The notes below the pieces were generated by a model. That model searched no databases, was not told where the DNA came from, and saw only the letters and a list, made by a program, of their open reading frames with translations. Positions 8,698 through 17,431 of a stretch of DNA of 35,230 nt are shown here, piece after piece. Positions within the stretch are counted from its first letter, which is position 1, and each line of letters begins with the position of its first letter. Source of the DNA: Alphaproteobacteria bacterium (GTDB lineage Bacteria; Pseudomonadota; Alphaproteobacteria; UBA828); NCBI GenBank assembly GCA_963667785.2, contig CAXXMU010000010.1, positions 1-35,230 on the forward strand. The letters run 5' to 3'. The translations under genes were made by a program, and so were the position numbers.

Positions 8698-9708
8698 CTA
8701 CAGTACGCGGTCGGCGATGGGGCCCGTGCCGGTGCGAATGGGATCAACGCAGGGGAGCCCGTGGGCCGCGCCGAGCTCATCCAGCAGCGCCGCGGCCTCC
8801 GCGTCGCCCAGCGCCTCGGTGTTGACGCAGATGCCCGCGCAAATGACATCCGGATTGGTGAGCCGCGCCGCCTGCAGGTTGGCCTCGATGCTCTCGCCGA
8901 GCGCCGGCAACGGCCAGTGCGGCAGGCCGCGCATGTTGGTCCGCGTCGGCTCGTGGCAGACCACGATGGCGTCCGGCTGGGCGCCGTGGATCAGGCCGAG
9001 TGTCACGCCCGCGTAGGAGGGGTGGTGGAGCGAGCCCTGCCCCTCGACGAGGTCCCAATGCTCCGGGTCGTTCTCGGGCGTGAGCCACTCGGTGGCGCCG
9101 GAGATGAAGTCCGCCACCACCGCATCGACGGAGACCCCGCGGCCGGCGACGAAGATGCCGGTCTGCCCGGTCGCGCGGAAGGTGCAGGGGACGCCGCGGC
9201 GGCGCCACTCGGCCTCCAGCGCAAGCGTGGCGTACATCTTGCCGACCGAGGCGTCGGTGCCCACCGTGAGCAGGCGCTTGCCGGCTCGTTTCACGCCCGA
9301 GCCCACCTTGAACTCCTGCGACGGGTGGCGGACGTCGAAGAGGTGCCGGCCGTTCGCCTCGGCGGCGTCCCGCACCGCCGGCAGGTCGCTGAGCCGCACG
9401 TGCAGACCGCTGGCCACGTCGAGGCCCGCGTCGAGCGCCGCCACGAGGGTCTCGATCCAGCTCTCGCTGACCACGCCGCCCGCGTTGGCGACGCCCACGA
9501 TGAGGCTCTTGGCGCCCTTGGCCGCCGCTTCCTCCACCGTCATCTCGGGCAGGTCGAGGCGGGGCTTGCAGCCCGGCAGCCTGATCTGGCCGAGGCACCA
9601 CTCCGGGCGGAAGACGAACACGCCGCGCGCGGTCTTGGCGGCGAGCGCGTCGCGCGCATCGCCGAGGAAGAGCAGATAGGGCGGGTCGATCTGCGGGCGC
9701 TCGCTCAT
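8698..9708 (-). CDS. dgcN: DUF1611-family protein, D-glutamate N-acetyltransferase DgcN
   Basis: Starts MSERPQIDPPYLLFLGDA after an AGGAGG RBS. AAKTA, VGTDASVGKM, ATGQTG and EGQGSL.HP motifs of DUF1611; paired with dgcA. Confidence 0.85.
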   Translation of the reverse strand: MSERPQIDPPYLLFLGDARDALAAKTARGVFVFRPEWCLGQIRLPGCKPRLDLPEMTVEEAAAKGAKSLIVGVANAGGVVSESWIETLVAALDAGLDVASGLHVRLSDLPAVRDAAEANGRHLFDVRHPSQEFKVGSGVKRAGKRLLTVGTDASVGKMYATLALEAEWRRRGVPCTFRATGQTGIFVAGRGVSVDAVVADFISGATEWLTPENDPEHWDLVEGQGSLHHPSYAGVTLGLIHGAQPDAIVVCHEPTRTNMRGLPHWPLPALGESIEANLQAARLTNPDVICAGICVNTEALGDAEAAALLDELGAAHGLPCVDPIRTGTGPIADRVL

Positions 9709-9785
9709 GCCGCCTCCTTCGCGATTTCGGCGCCGAGTCTGGCGAATAGCACCGGATGCCGCAAGGAAGGGCGGCGGAAGCGCGA

Positions 9786-10169
9786 TCAGACCAGCGGGTT
9801 CTCGTCGGTCATGTAGATGGTGACGCGCTTGAAGCGGCCGTCCTCGACCTGGAAGAAGTTGCAGTTGCGCATCTCCACGTGGCGGCCGTCGTCGTAGTCG
9901 TTGCGAGCGACGAACTGCGACGCGATCCACTGGCGCTCCACGTCGACGACGTGCGTGAAGTCGCCGTGATAGATGATCTTGGTCGCGCCCATGAAGTCGC
10001 GGAACATGCGCCTGACCTGGTCGTGGCCGGTGTGGCTCACGTGCGCCGACTGGATGCGGAGCTCGGCGTCCTCCGCGAAGCACGCGACCGCGGGCTCCAG
10101 GTTCTTGTTGTCGACGTTGTGAAAGTAGGCGTCCTCGACGAGTGCAATCAGTTCCGCGCGGGTGAGCAT
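9786..10169 (-). CDS. SnoaL-like / NTF2-family protein
   Basis: MLTRAELIALVEDAYF...FAEDA...G.DQVRRMF...FQVEDGRFKRVTIY pattern typical of the SnoaL-like fold; 127 aa. Confidence 0.75.
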   Translation of the reverse strand: MLTRAELIALVEDAYFHNVDNKNLEPAVACFAEDAELRIQSAHVSHTGHDQVRRMFRDFMGATKIIYHGDFTHVVDVERQWIASQFVARNDYDDGRHVEMRNCNFFQVEDGRFKRVTIYMTDENPLV

Positions 10170-10328
10170 GGGCGTCCGTCCGTCCGTGGGGTGAAGGGGC
10201 GCCGACTGTAGCCGAGGGGCCTGCCTTTGCAACCGCTGCCGGGCCGGCGGTAGGCTGAGGGCCGCTCACGCGATTGGAGACGCCGTGTCGACCACCATGC
10301 GGCTACGAGTGGCCACCGCGAGGCGCGC

Positions 10329-11439
10329 ATGCGGGTATTGATCTGCGGTGGCGGCGTGATCGGCACGTCGATCGCCTATTTCCTCAGCCGGCGCGGCATC
10401 GCGTGCACTGTGATCGAGCGCACCGGCATCGCCAATGCGGCCTCCGGCAAGTCGGGCGGGTTCCTCGCGCTGGACTGGTGCGACGGCTCGCCGGTCGAGG
10501 CGCTGGCGCGCCGCAGCTTTGCGCTCCACGCGGAGCTTGCCGAGCGCATCGACGACGAGTGGGGGTACCGCAGGCTCGACACGCTCGGCGTCGTGAGCAG
10601 CGCGCGGCGCGACGTGGGTTTCTGCCGCAAGCTCGCGGCGCCGGACTGGCTCGCAGGCAGCGCGGCGGTCCACGCCAGGCTCGGCACTGCGGAGTCCACG
10701 GCGCAGCTCGATCCCGCCGCCTTCACCGGCGCCATAATGCGGGCGGCGCTCGCCCAGGGCGCGCGCATGACCATCGGCACCGTGAGCGGCGTGGTGCAAG
10801 GGGCCGACGGCGCCGTGCGGGGCGCCGTGGTGGACGGACACGAGATGGCGGGCGATGCCCTCGTCATCGCCATGGGCCCCTGGTCGGTGCTCGCGAGCAA
10901 CTGGCTGCCGCTGCCGGCGGTCTACGGCCTCAAGGGCCACAGCCTGGTCTTCCGCTACGCGCCGGAGCCCGCGCCCCACGCGCTCTTCGTGGAGCTGGAG
11001 ACCGAGGGCGGCACCATCGCCTCGCCCGAGGTCATGCCGCGGCCCGACGGCACCACCTACGTCTGCGGCCTCTCCAGCGAGCAGCCGCTGCCGGTGGACC
11101 CCGCCGCAGTCGTGCCGGACGAGGGCGGCTGCGACAGGCTCCGCGCGATGACGGCGCAGTTCGCGCCGGCGCTGGGCAGCGCCGAGGTGCTGGCCGAGCA
11201 GGCCTGCTACCGCCCCGTGGTCGAGGACGGGCTGCCGCTCATCGGTGCCGTTCCGGGGCGCAGCAGGCGCCTACGTGGCGACCGCCCACTCGGTCTGGGG
11301 GATGCTGAACGGCCCGGCCACGGGCGAGGCGGTCGCGGAGCTGATCGCCGATGGCGAGACCAGCACCGTCGACCTCGCGCCCTTCGATCCCGCACGCCTC
11401 GCGCCGCTCGCCGCCGGCGCCGTGCGGGTGGAGGTGTGA
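10329..11439 (+). CDS. FAD-dependent oxidoreductase, DAO (D-amino acid/glycine oxidase) family; one +1 frameshift at ~11255-11258
   Basis: GGGVIG Rossmann motif, ASGKSGG, ACYRP...DGLPLIG. Removing one G from GGGG at 11255-11258 continues as AYVATAHSVWGMLNGPATGE...LAPFDPARL to the TGA at 11437-11439. Confidence 0.85.
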
Positions 11440-11477
11440 GCGCCCGGGAGGATTCGAACCCCCGGATTCGTGGTCTG
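11440..11477 (-). other. Degenerate tRNA-Arg-like 3' fragment (possible att-site scar), not a complete tRNA
   Basis: Minus strand reads CAGACCACGAATCCGGGGGTTCGAATCCTCCCGGGCGC: T-arm GGGGG-TTCGAAT-CCTCC, acceptor 3' strand CGGGCGC and an ACG anticodon-like loop. No 5' half, variable loop or CCA. Confidence 0.55.
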
Positions 11478-11656
11478 AAATGCAGATTGCGACACGACGT
11501 GTCGTTCGGCACGCTGACCGGACGCCGATCGGCGTGGTAAGGTCTTGATTCAAGTTGCTTCCGAGGGCTCGTACAACGTCGCCGATCAACGCCCAGATGG
11601 GGGACGATCAGCGAATCGTGGCGGCGTTCGGGACTGTCGCACGGTGAGGACCTCGC

Positions 11657-13221
11657 ATGATGCGTGACGTGCTCGTCGGCATGGATGCAGGGACATCGGT
11701 GCTGAAGGCGGTGGCATTCACGCGCGCCGGAGACCAGCTCGCGGTAGCGGCGCGCCCGAACCACTATCGCACCGGCGCGGACGGCGCGGCGGAGCAGGAC
11801 ATGGCCTGGACCTGGGAGGAGGCGGCCGGGACCCTGCGCGACCTGGTCTCCGGCGCGCCCGAGATCCGCGATCGCGTCTCGGCTCTGGCGGTGACCGGCC
11901 AGGGCGACGGCACGTGGCTCATCGATGCCGGCGGCGACCCGGTCGGCCCCGCCTGGCTCTGGCTCGACAGCCGCGCGGCGGACGAGACCCGTGCGGTGTG
12001 CGAGGGGGTGGACTACGGCGCCCTGTACGAGACCACCGGCACCGGCGCGGCGCCCTGCCAGCAGTCGAGCCAGCTCGCCTGGATGGCCCGGCACACCCCG
12101 GATGTCCTCGCGCGGGCCGCCACCGCGTTCCACTGCAAGGACTGGCTCTACTTCAAGCTTACGGGGCAGCGGGCGACGGACCCGTCCGAAGGCGTCTTCA
12201 CCTTCGGCGACTTCCGCACGCGCCGTTATGCCGCGGGGCTGCTCGAGCAGTTCGGGCTCGCCGCACATGCCGGCTGCTGCCCGCCATCGTGGACGGCACG
12301 CGGCAATCGCACCCGCTCGACGCGGCGGCCGCGGCCGAGATCGGACTGCCGGCCGGTCTGCCGGTGGTGCTCGGCTACCTCGACGTCCTCTGCACCGCGC
12401 TCGGCGGCGGACTCTACGATCCCGAGGGCCGGGCCGGTCTGTCGGTCATCGGCTCGACCGGGGTGCACATGCGTTACACGACTGGTGCCGCATCGGTGCG
12501 GCTCAGTCCCGAGCGCACCGGCTACACGCTGTGCTTCCCTGTCCCCGATGCCTACGTGCAGCTGCACTCGAACATGGCGGCGACGCTCAACATCGACTGG
12601 CTGCTCGACCTCAAGCGCGAGGTCCTCGCCGAGGCGGGCGTGGACAAGAGCCGTGCCGATCTGCTGCCGCGCATCGACGCGCTTGCCCTGGCCGCCGATG
12701 CCGGGCGGGCGCTCTATCACCCCTACATCTCGACCGCCGGCGAGCGCGGACCGTTTCTCGCGTCGGAGGCCCGGGCAAGCTTCACCGGGCTCGATTCGAA
12801 CGCCGGCCTCGCGGAGCTCACGCGCGCGGTGCTGGAGGGCCTCGCGTTCGCGGCGCGGGACTGCTACGCCGCCATGGGCGACATCCCGGTGGAAGTGCGT
12901 CTGGCCGGCGGCGCGGCGCGCTCCGAAGCGATGCGCTGCATCCTCGCCAGCGTGCTGAACCGCCCGGTGCGCGGCGTCGATCGCGAGGAGGCGGGAGCCG
13001 CGGGGGTGGCGATGATCGCGGCCGTGCAGCAGGGCCTCTACGCCGACATGGCGGCCTGCGCCGCCGACTGGGTCACGCCCTGCCTCGCCGACGCGCAGCC
13101 GCCGGATCCTGCGCTCGCCACGGTCTACGAGCGGCTGTTCCCGCTCTATGTCCGCACGCGCACTGCGCTCGCGCCGCTCTGGGGCCCGCTTGCCGACGCA
13201 GGCGGGGGAGCGGGCCGATGA
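11657..13221 (+). CDS. eryA: FGGY-family carbohydrate kinase, erythritol kinase-like; one missing base at ~12270
   Basis: GMDAGTSVLKAVAF, AVTGQGDGTWL, WLDSRA, HCKDWLY, GSTGVHM, GERGPF and LAGGAARS motifs of EryA-type kinases. Adding one C at 12270-12271 joins the two ORFs. Confidence 0.8.
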
Positions 13222-14258
13222 GGAAGGAGGTCGCGATCATCGGTGATCGCTTCATGCTCGCGGAGATGTTCGACGCGGCGCTGCGCGACACTTGCGGCGA
13301 GAGCGTCGAGACGCGGCTCCACGAGCTGCCCTGGCCCGACGAGCCCATGGAGCACGGCTACCGGGTTCCGGGCATGGAAGGACTCAAGGAGTACATGGGC
13401 GCCCCGGACGATATCGTCGCCAGGATCGGCAGCGCCGAGATTCTGATCACCCACCTTGCGCCGCTTTCCGCGACCATGATGGAGCGGCTTCCGGGGCTGA
13501 AGCTCGTCGCCGTCTCGCGCGGGGGGCCCGTCAACGTCGACCGGGCGGCTGCGCGAGAACGCGGGATCCTGGTGGTCAACACGCCGGGGCGCAACGCGTC
13601 CGCGGTTGCGGAGTTCACGATCGGGGCGATCCTCGCCGCCACCCGCAACATCGCCCGGGGCCACGAGGCGCTGCGGCGCGGCGAGTGGCGGGGCGACCTC
13701 TACCGCGCCGACGAGATCGGGAACGAGCTCTCCGACATGACCGTCGGCGTCATCGGGTACGGCGAGATCGGGATCCGCGTCGTGCGCCTTCTGAAGGCGT
13801 TCGGCTGCCGCGTGCTGGTCGCCGACCCCTACGTCCAGCTCACGCCGGAGGACGCACGCGACGGCGTGCGCCTCGTGGCGCTGGAGGAGCTTCTCGAAGG
13901 CTCCGACGTGGTGACTCTGCATGCGCGCGTCACGCCCGAGACCGAGGGCTTCATCGACGCGGACGCCTTCGCGCGCATGAGACCGGGCGCGGTCTTCGTC
14001 AACACCGCGCGCGGGCCGTTGGTGGATTACGAGGCGCTCGCCCGCGCGCTCGAGAGCGGCGGGCTCGGCGGCGCGATGCTCGAGACCTTCGCGGTCGAGC
14101 CAGTGCCCGCCGACTGGGCGCTGCTCAGGCTGCCGAACGTGACGCTGACCCCGCACATCGCCGGTGCCTCGCTCAAGACGGTGCGAATCGCCGCGTCCCA
14201 GGCAGCCGAGGAGGTGCGCCGCTTCATCGCCGGCGAGCCTCCGCTCAATCCCTGCTGA
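13218..14258 (+). CDS. D-isomer-specific 2-hydroxyacid dehydrogenase
   Basis: Starts MRKEVAIIGDRFM with an ATGA overlap with the kinase. NTPGRNA.AVAE, GYGEIG, NTARG and TPHIAG motifs. Confidence 0.9.
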   Translation: MRKEVAIIGDRFMLAEMFDAALRDTCGESVETRLHELPWPDEPMEHGYRVPGMEGLKEYMGAPDDIVARIGSAEILITHLAPLSATMMERLPGLKLVAVSRGGPVNVDRAAARERGILVVNTPGRNASAVAEFTIGAILAATRNIARGHEALRRGEWRGDLYRADEIGNELSDMTVGVIGYGEIGIRVVRLLKAFGCRVLVADPYVQLTPEDARDGVRLVALEELLEGSDVVTLHARVTPETEGFIDADAFARMRPGAVFVNTARGPLVDYEALARALESGGLGGAMLETFAVEPVPADWALLRLPNVTLTPHIAGASLKTVRIAASQAAEEVRRFIAGEPPLNPC

Positions 14259-14337
14259 TCGGCGGCAGGCATGGTTGCGACGAGCCGGGCGAGGTGAGCG
14301 TGAACGACGCGGCCACCCGCGGGATCACTGAATTCAG

Positions 14338-15870
14338 ATGGGCGTGAGCGGTTCGGCATCGCGCACGGTCGACCTTCTCGTCATCGGCGGCGGCATCAAC
14401 GGTTGCGGCATCGCCCGGGACGCGGCGGGACGCGGCGTCCGCGTGCTGCTGTGCGAGCAGGACGACCTGGCCGCGCACACGTCCTCGGCCAGCACCAAGC
14501 TGATCCACGGCGGGCTGCGGTACCTGGAGCAGCGCGACTTCCGCCTCGTGCGACACGCGCTCCGCGAGCGCGCGGTGCTGCTGCGGAACGCCCCGCACAT
14601 CATCTGGCCGCTGCGCTTCGTGCTGCCGCATCACGCGGGGCTGCGCCCCCGGTGGATGATCCGGCTCGGTCTCTTTCTCTACGACCGTCTCGGCCCGCGC
14701 GGCCCGCTGCCGTCGTCAGCCAGCATCGACCTCGGCCGGCACGCGAGCGGGCGTGCGCTGCAGGGCCGCTATCGCCGAGCCTTCGAGTACTCGGACTGCT
14801 GGGTGCAGGATTCGCGGCTGGTGGTGCTCAACGCCCGCGATGCCCACGCGAGGGGTGCGGAAATCCGCACCCGCACCGCGTGCGTCTCGCTCGCGCGGGA
14901 TGGCGTACGCTGGAGGGCGGTCCTTGCCAACCGGCTATCGGGCGCGCGCGTCACCGTCGAAGCGCAGGCCGTCGTCAACGCGAGCGGCCCCTGGGTCGGC
15001 CAGATCCGCTCGCTCGCAGGCGGCGGCGGGGCGACGCACGGGGTGAGGCTCGTCAAGGGAAGCCACATCGTGGTGCCGAGGCTCTTCGACCACGATCACC
15101 CCTACATCTTCCAGACCGGCGACGGCCGCGTGCTGTTCGCGCTCCCCTACGAGGAGGACTACACCCTGCTGGGGACGACCGATGTCGAGTTCGCGGGCGC
15201 GCCCGGCCGGGTCGAGATCGCGCCCGAGGAGGTCGACTACATCTGCGCCGCCGCCAACGCCTACTTCGAGACCCCCGTCGCCCCGCGCGACGTGGTGTGG
15301 AGCTACGCCGGCATCCGGCCGCTGTTCGACGACCATGCCGAAAACGCGAGCGAGGTCACGCGCGACTACGTGCTGAACCTCGACCGGGCTCCGGCGCCGA
15401 TGCTCTCGGTCTATGGCGGCAAGATCACGACCTACCGCAGGCTCGCCGAGCAGGCGGTGGACCTGCTGGCGGGGTCTCTTCGCGCCGACGGGCCGCACTG
15501 GACCGCCGGCGCGCCTCTCCCCGGCGGCGACATTCCGGGCGCGGACATCGGCGCGTTCACCGCGCAGTGCGCCGCGCGCTATTCGTGGCTGCCGGAGCGG
15601 CTTCTCCGTCACTACGTCCGCCACTACGGCTCGGACATCCATGCCGTGCTCACGGGCTGCAACGGCGTCGAAGACCTGGGCGAGCATTTTGGGGCCGGGC
15701 TCCATGCGGCCGAAGTCGCTTTTCTGGTGGAGCAAGAATGGGCGCGCACCGCAGACGACATCCTGTGGCGGCGCACCCGCAAGGGTCTCGGCGTCTCCGC
15801 CGAGGGCGCCGAGCGATTGCGCGCGTACCTCCAGGTCACGGGCATCGAAAACTGCCGGGAACGCCGATGA
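14338..15870 (+). CDS. glpD: FAD-dependent glycerol-3-phosphate / polyol-phosphate dehydrogenase (GlpD/EryB family)
   Basis: IGGGINGCGIARDAAGRG, TSSASTKLIHGGLRYLE, GSHIVVP, GGKITTYRRLAE and DILWRRT motifs. Confidence 0.88.
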   Translation: MGVSGSASRTVDLLVIGGGINGCGIARDAAGRGVRVLLCEQDDLAAHTSSASTKLIHGGLRYLEQRDFRLVRHALRERAVLLRNAPHIIWPLRFVLPHHAGLRPRWMIRLGLFLYDRLGPRGPLPSSASIDLGRHASGRALQGRYRRAFEYSDCWVQDSRLVVLNARDAHARGAEIRTRTACVSLARDGVRWRAVLANRLSGARVTVEAQAVVNASGPWVGQIRSLAGGGGATHGVRLVKGSHIVVPRLFDHDHPYIFQTGDGRVLFALPYEEDYTLLGTTDVEFAGAPGRVEIAPEEVDYICAAANAYFETPVAPRDVVWSYAGIRPLFDDHAENASEVTRDYVLNLDRAPAPMLSVYGGKITTYRRLAEQAVDLLAGSLRADGPHWTAGAPLPGGDIPGADIGAFTAQCAARYSWLPERLLRHYVRHYGSDIHAVLTGCNGVEDLGEHFGAGLHAAEVAFLVEQEWARTADDILWRRTRKGLGVSAEGAERLRAYLQVTGIENCRERR

Positions 15871-15902
15871 TGCGCTTCTGCAGCAGGTGGGAAGCTCGCT
15901 AG

Positions 15903-17234
15903 CTAGCGCGGGCTGGCCATCCCGGTGCCCGGGTCGCCGGATCGGGGGCGGTCGTCCGACGATGCCTGTTCCGGTGAATCGCGGTCGCGCCCTGCGTCGG
16001 GATCGGTGGTCTCTTCGCCATCGGCCCTGTCGTCGACTCCGTGCCGGTCGATCGAATTGGCCGGGTGGAAGGTGATCCCATGGCCGCCGGTGCTGCGCTC
16101 GCCGCCGTCGGCGCCCTTCCACCAGGCCTCGGCCGCCTCGCGCACCGCGTCCCAATCCAGCTCGAAGCCCAGCCCCGGCCTGTCGGGGACGGGCAGCATG
16201 CCCCCCTGCAAGGCAAGGCTGGGCTGCCCCACGATGTCCCAGGCCAGGAAATTGTTCATGTACTGGTTGCCGTCGTCCAGGTTGGGCGTCACCGCCGCCG
16301 CGTGGGACGCCGCCACGGTGGTGATTCCGGTCTCGTGAAGCCCGTGAATGCAGACGTCGATGTTGGCCGCCTCCGCGATGTGCGCCACCTTGCAGAAGCG
16401 CAGCAGGCCGCCGGTCTCGTGCAGTCCGGCGACGATCAGGTCGGCGGCGTGCAGGCGGCAGAGGTCGAAGGCCTCGCCCAGCGCAATGACGCCCTGATCC
16501 GCCGCGATCGAGACCGGACTCGTGGCCCGGACCCGTGCCAGCGCCTCGACGCTCTCCGCATCGATCGGCTGCTCCACGACCTCGATGTCGAAGCGGGACA
16601 GTTTGCGCAACATGCGGGTGGCCTGGACCGGGTGCCAGCGGCCGTTGGGGTCGAGACGCAAGCGCTTGTCCGGCCCGATGGCGGCGCGGACCCGGGACAC
16701 GATCTCGGCGTCCAGATCGTCGCCACGCCCCACCTCGACATAGATGACTTCGTGTCCCGAAGCCGCGAGCCGCGCGGCCTCGCTCGCGATTTCGACCGGG
16801 GTGTCGCCCTGCGGGAAGCCGAAGTAGCGCACCTCGTCGCGCACCGCCCCGCCCAGCAGGCCATGAACGGGGCAACCCGCCGCCTTGCCCATGGCGTCCC
16901 ACAGCGCCAGCTCCAGCCCCGCAAGCGCCTTGCCGGCGAACGTGGAAGCCCTCGAAGCCTCCTCGCGCCCGAACAGCGCATCGTAGGCTTCGCCGATGAG
17001 GCGGGCGTTCTCGAACGGACTGCGCCCGACGCAGAAGTCCGCCGCGAGCGAGAGCTGGACGCGGACGGCGTCTGCCGATGGCGTTGCAATCGATTCACCA
17101 TAGCCGACGACGCCCTCGTCGGTGTGGACCTCCACCAGAATCACTTCGGCGCCGTGCGTCACGCTTCGGGACCAGTGAAAGGGCTGCTCGTAGGGTATCC
17201 AGAGCGGCGTCGTCAGAACCTCGCTGATCTTCAT
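15903..17234 (-). CDS. Mandelate racemase / muconate lactonizing enzyme family protein with low-complexity C-terminal tail
   Basis: Starts MKISEVLTTPLWIP after a GGAGGA RBS. TDEGVVGYGE, ELALWDAMGK...LLGG, metal ligands LDPN, EQP and ADQ, PDRPGLGFELD. Confidence 0.85.
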   Translation of the reverse strand: MKISEVLTTPLWIPYEQPFHWSRSVTHGAEVILVEVHTDEGVVGYGESIATPSADAVRVQLSLAADFCVGRSPFENARLIGEAYDALFGREEASRASTFAGKALAGLELALWDAMGKAAGCPVHGLLGGAVRDEVRYFGFPQGDTPVEIASEAARLAASGHEVIYVEVGRGDDLDAEIVSRVRAAIGPDKRLRLDPNGRWHPVQATRMLRKLSRFDIEVVEQPIDAESVEALARVRATSPVSIAADQGVIALGEAFDLCRLHAADLIVAGLHETGGLLRFCKVAHIAEAANIDVCIHGLHETGITTVAASHAAAVTPNLDDGNQYMNNFLAWDIVGQPSLALQGGMLPVPDRPGLGFELDWDAVREAAEAWWKGADGGERSTGGHGITFHPANSIDRHGVDDRADGEETTDPDAGRDRDSPEQASSDDRPRSGDPGTGMASPR

Positions 17235-17303
17235 GTCCCTTCCTCCGGCGCACGACGCCTTCGGGTGGTTCATTCAGATACTAGTTAAGCGCCGCGAGTA
17301 ATG

Positions 17304-17335
17304 CCACTTTCGACATGTTGAATTGTCGGAAATGG
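17304..17335. promoter_or_regulatory. Imperfect palindrome (putative operator) in AT-rich divergent intergenic region
   Basis: CCACTTTCGACA-N8-TGTCGGAAATGG, 10 of 12 positions complementary, in an unusually AT-rich stretch between divergent genes. Confidence 0.35.
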
Positions 17336-17431
17336 AATAGTAATCGGTTGCCTCCGCGGGCGCGGCCAAGCGCGGCGGCCGTGCGATCTGCCGGTCGCGG
17401 GCGCGGTGTGCCCGATGTGCTATGGTGAGCC

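Noticed and set aside
11440-11520. Functional tRNA-Arg gene
   Set aside because: No 5' acceptor strand, D-arm, variable loop or CCA; only a 3' fragment is present.
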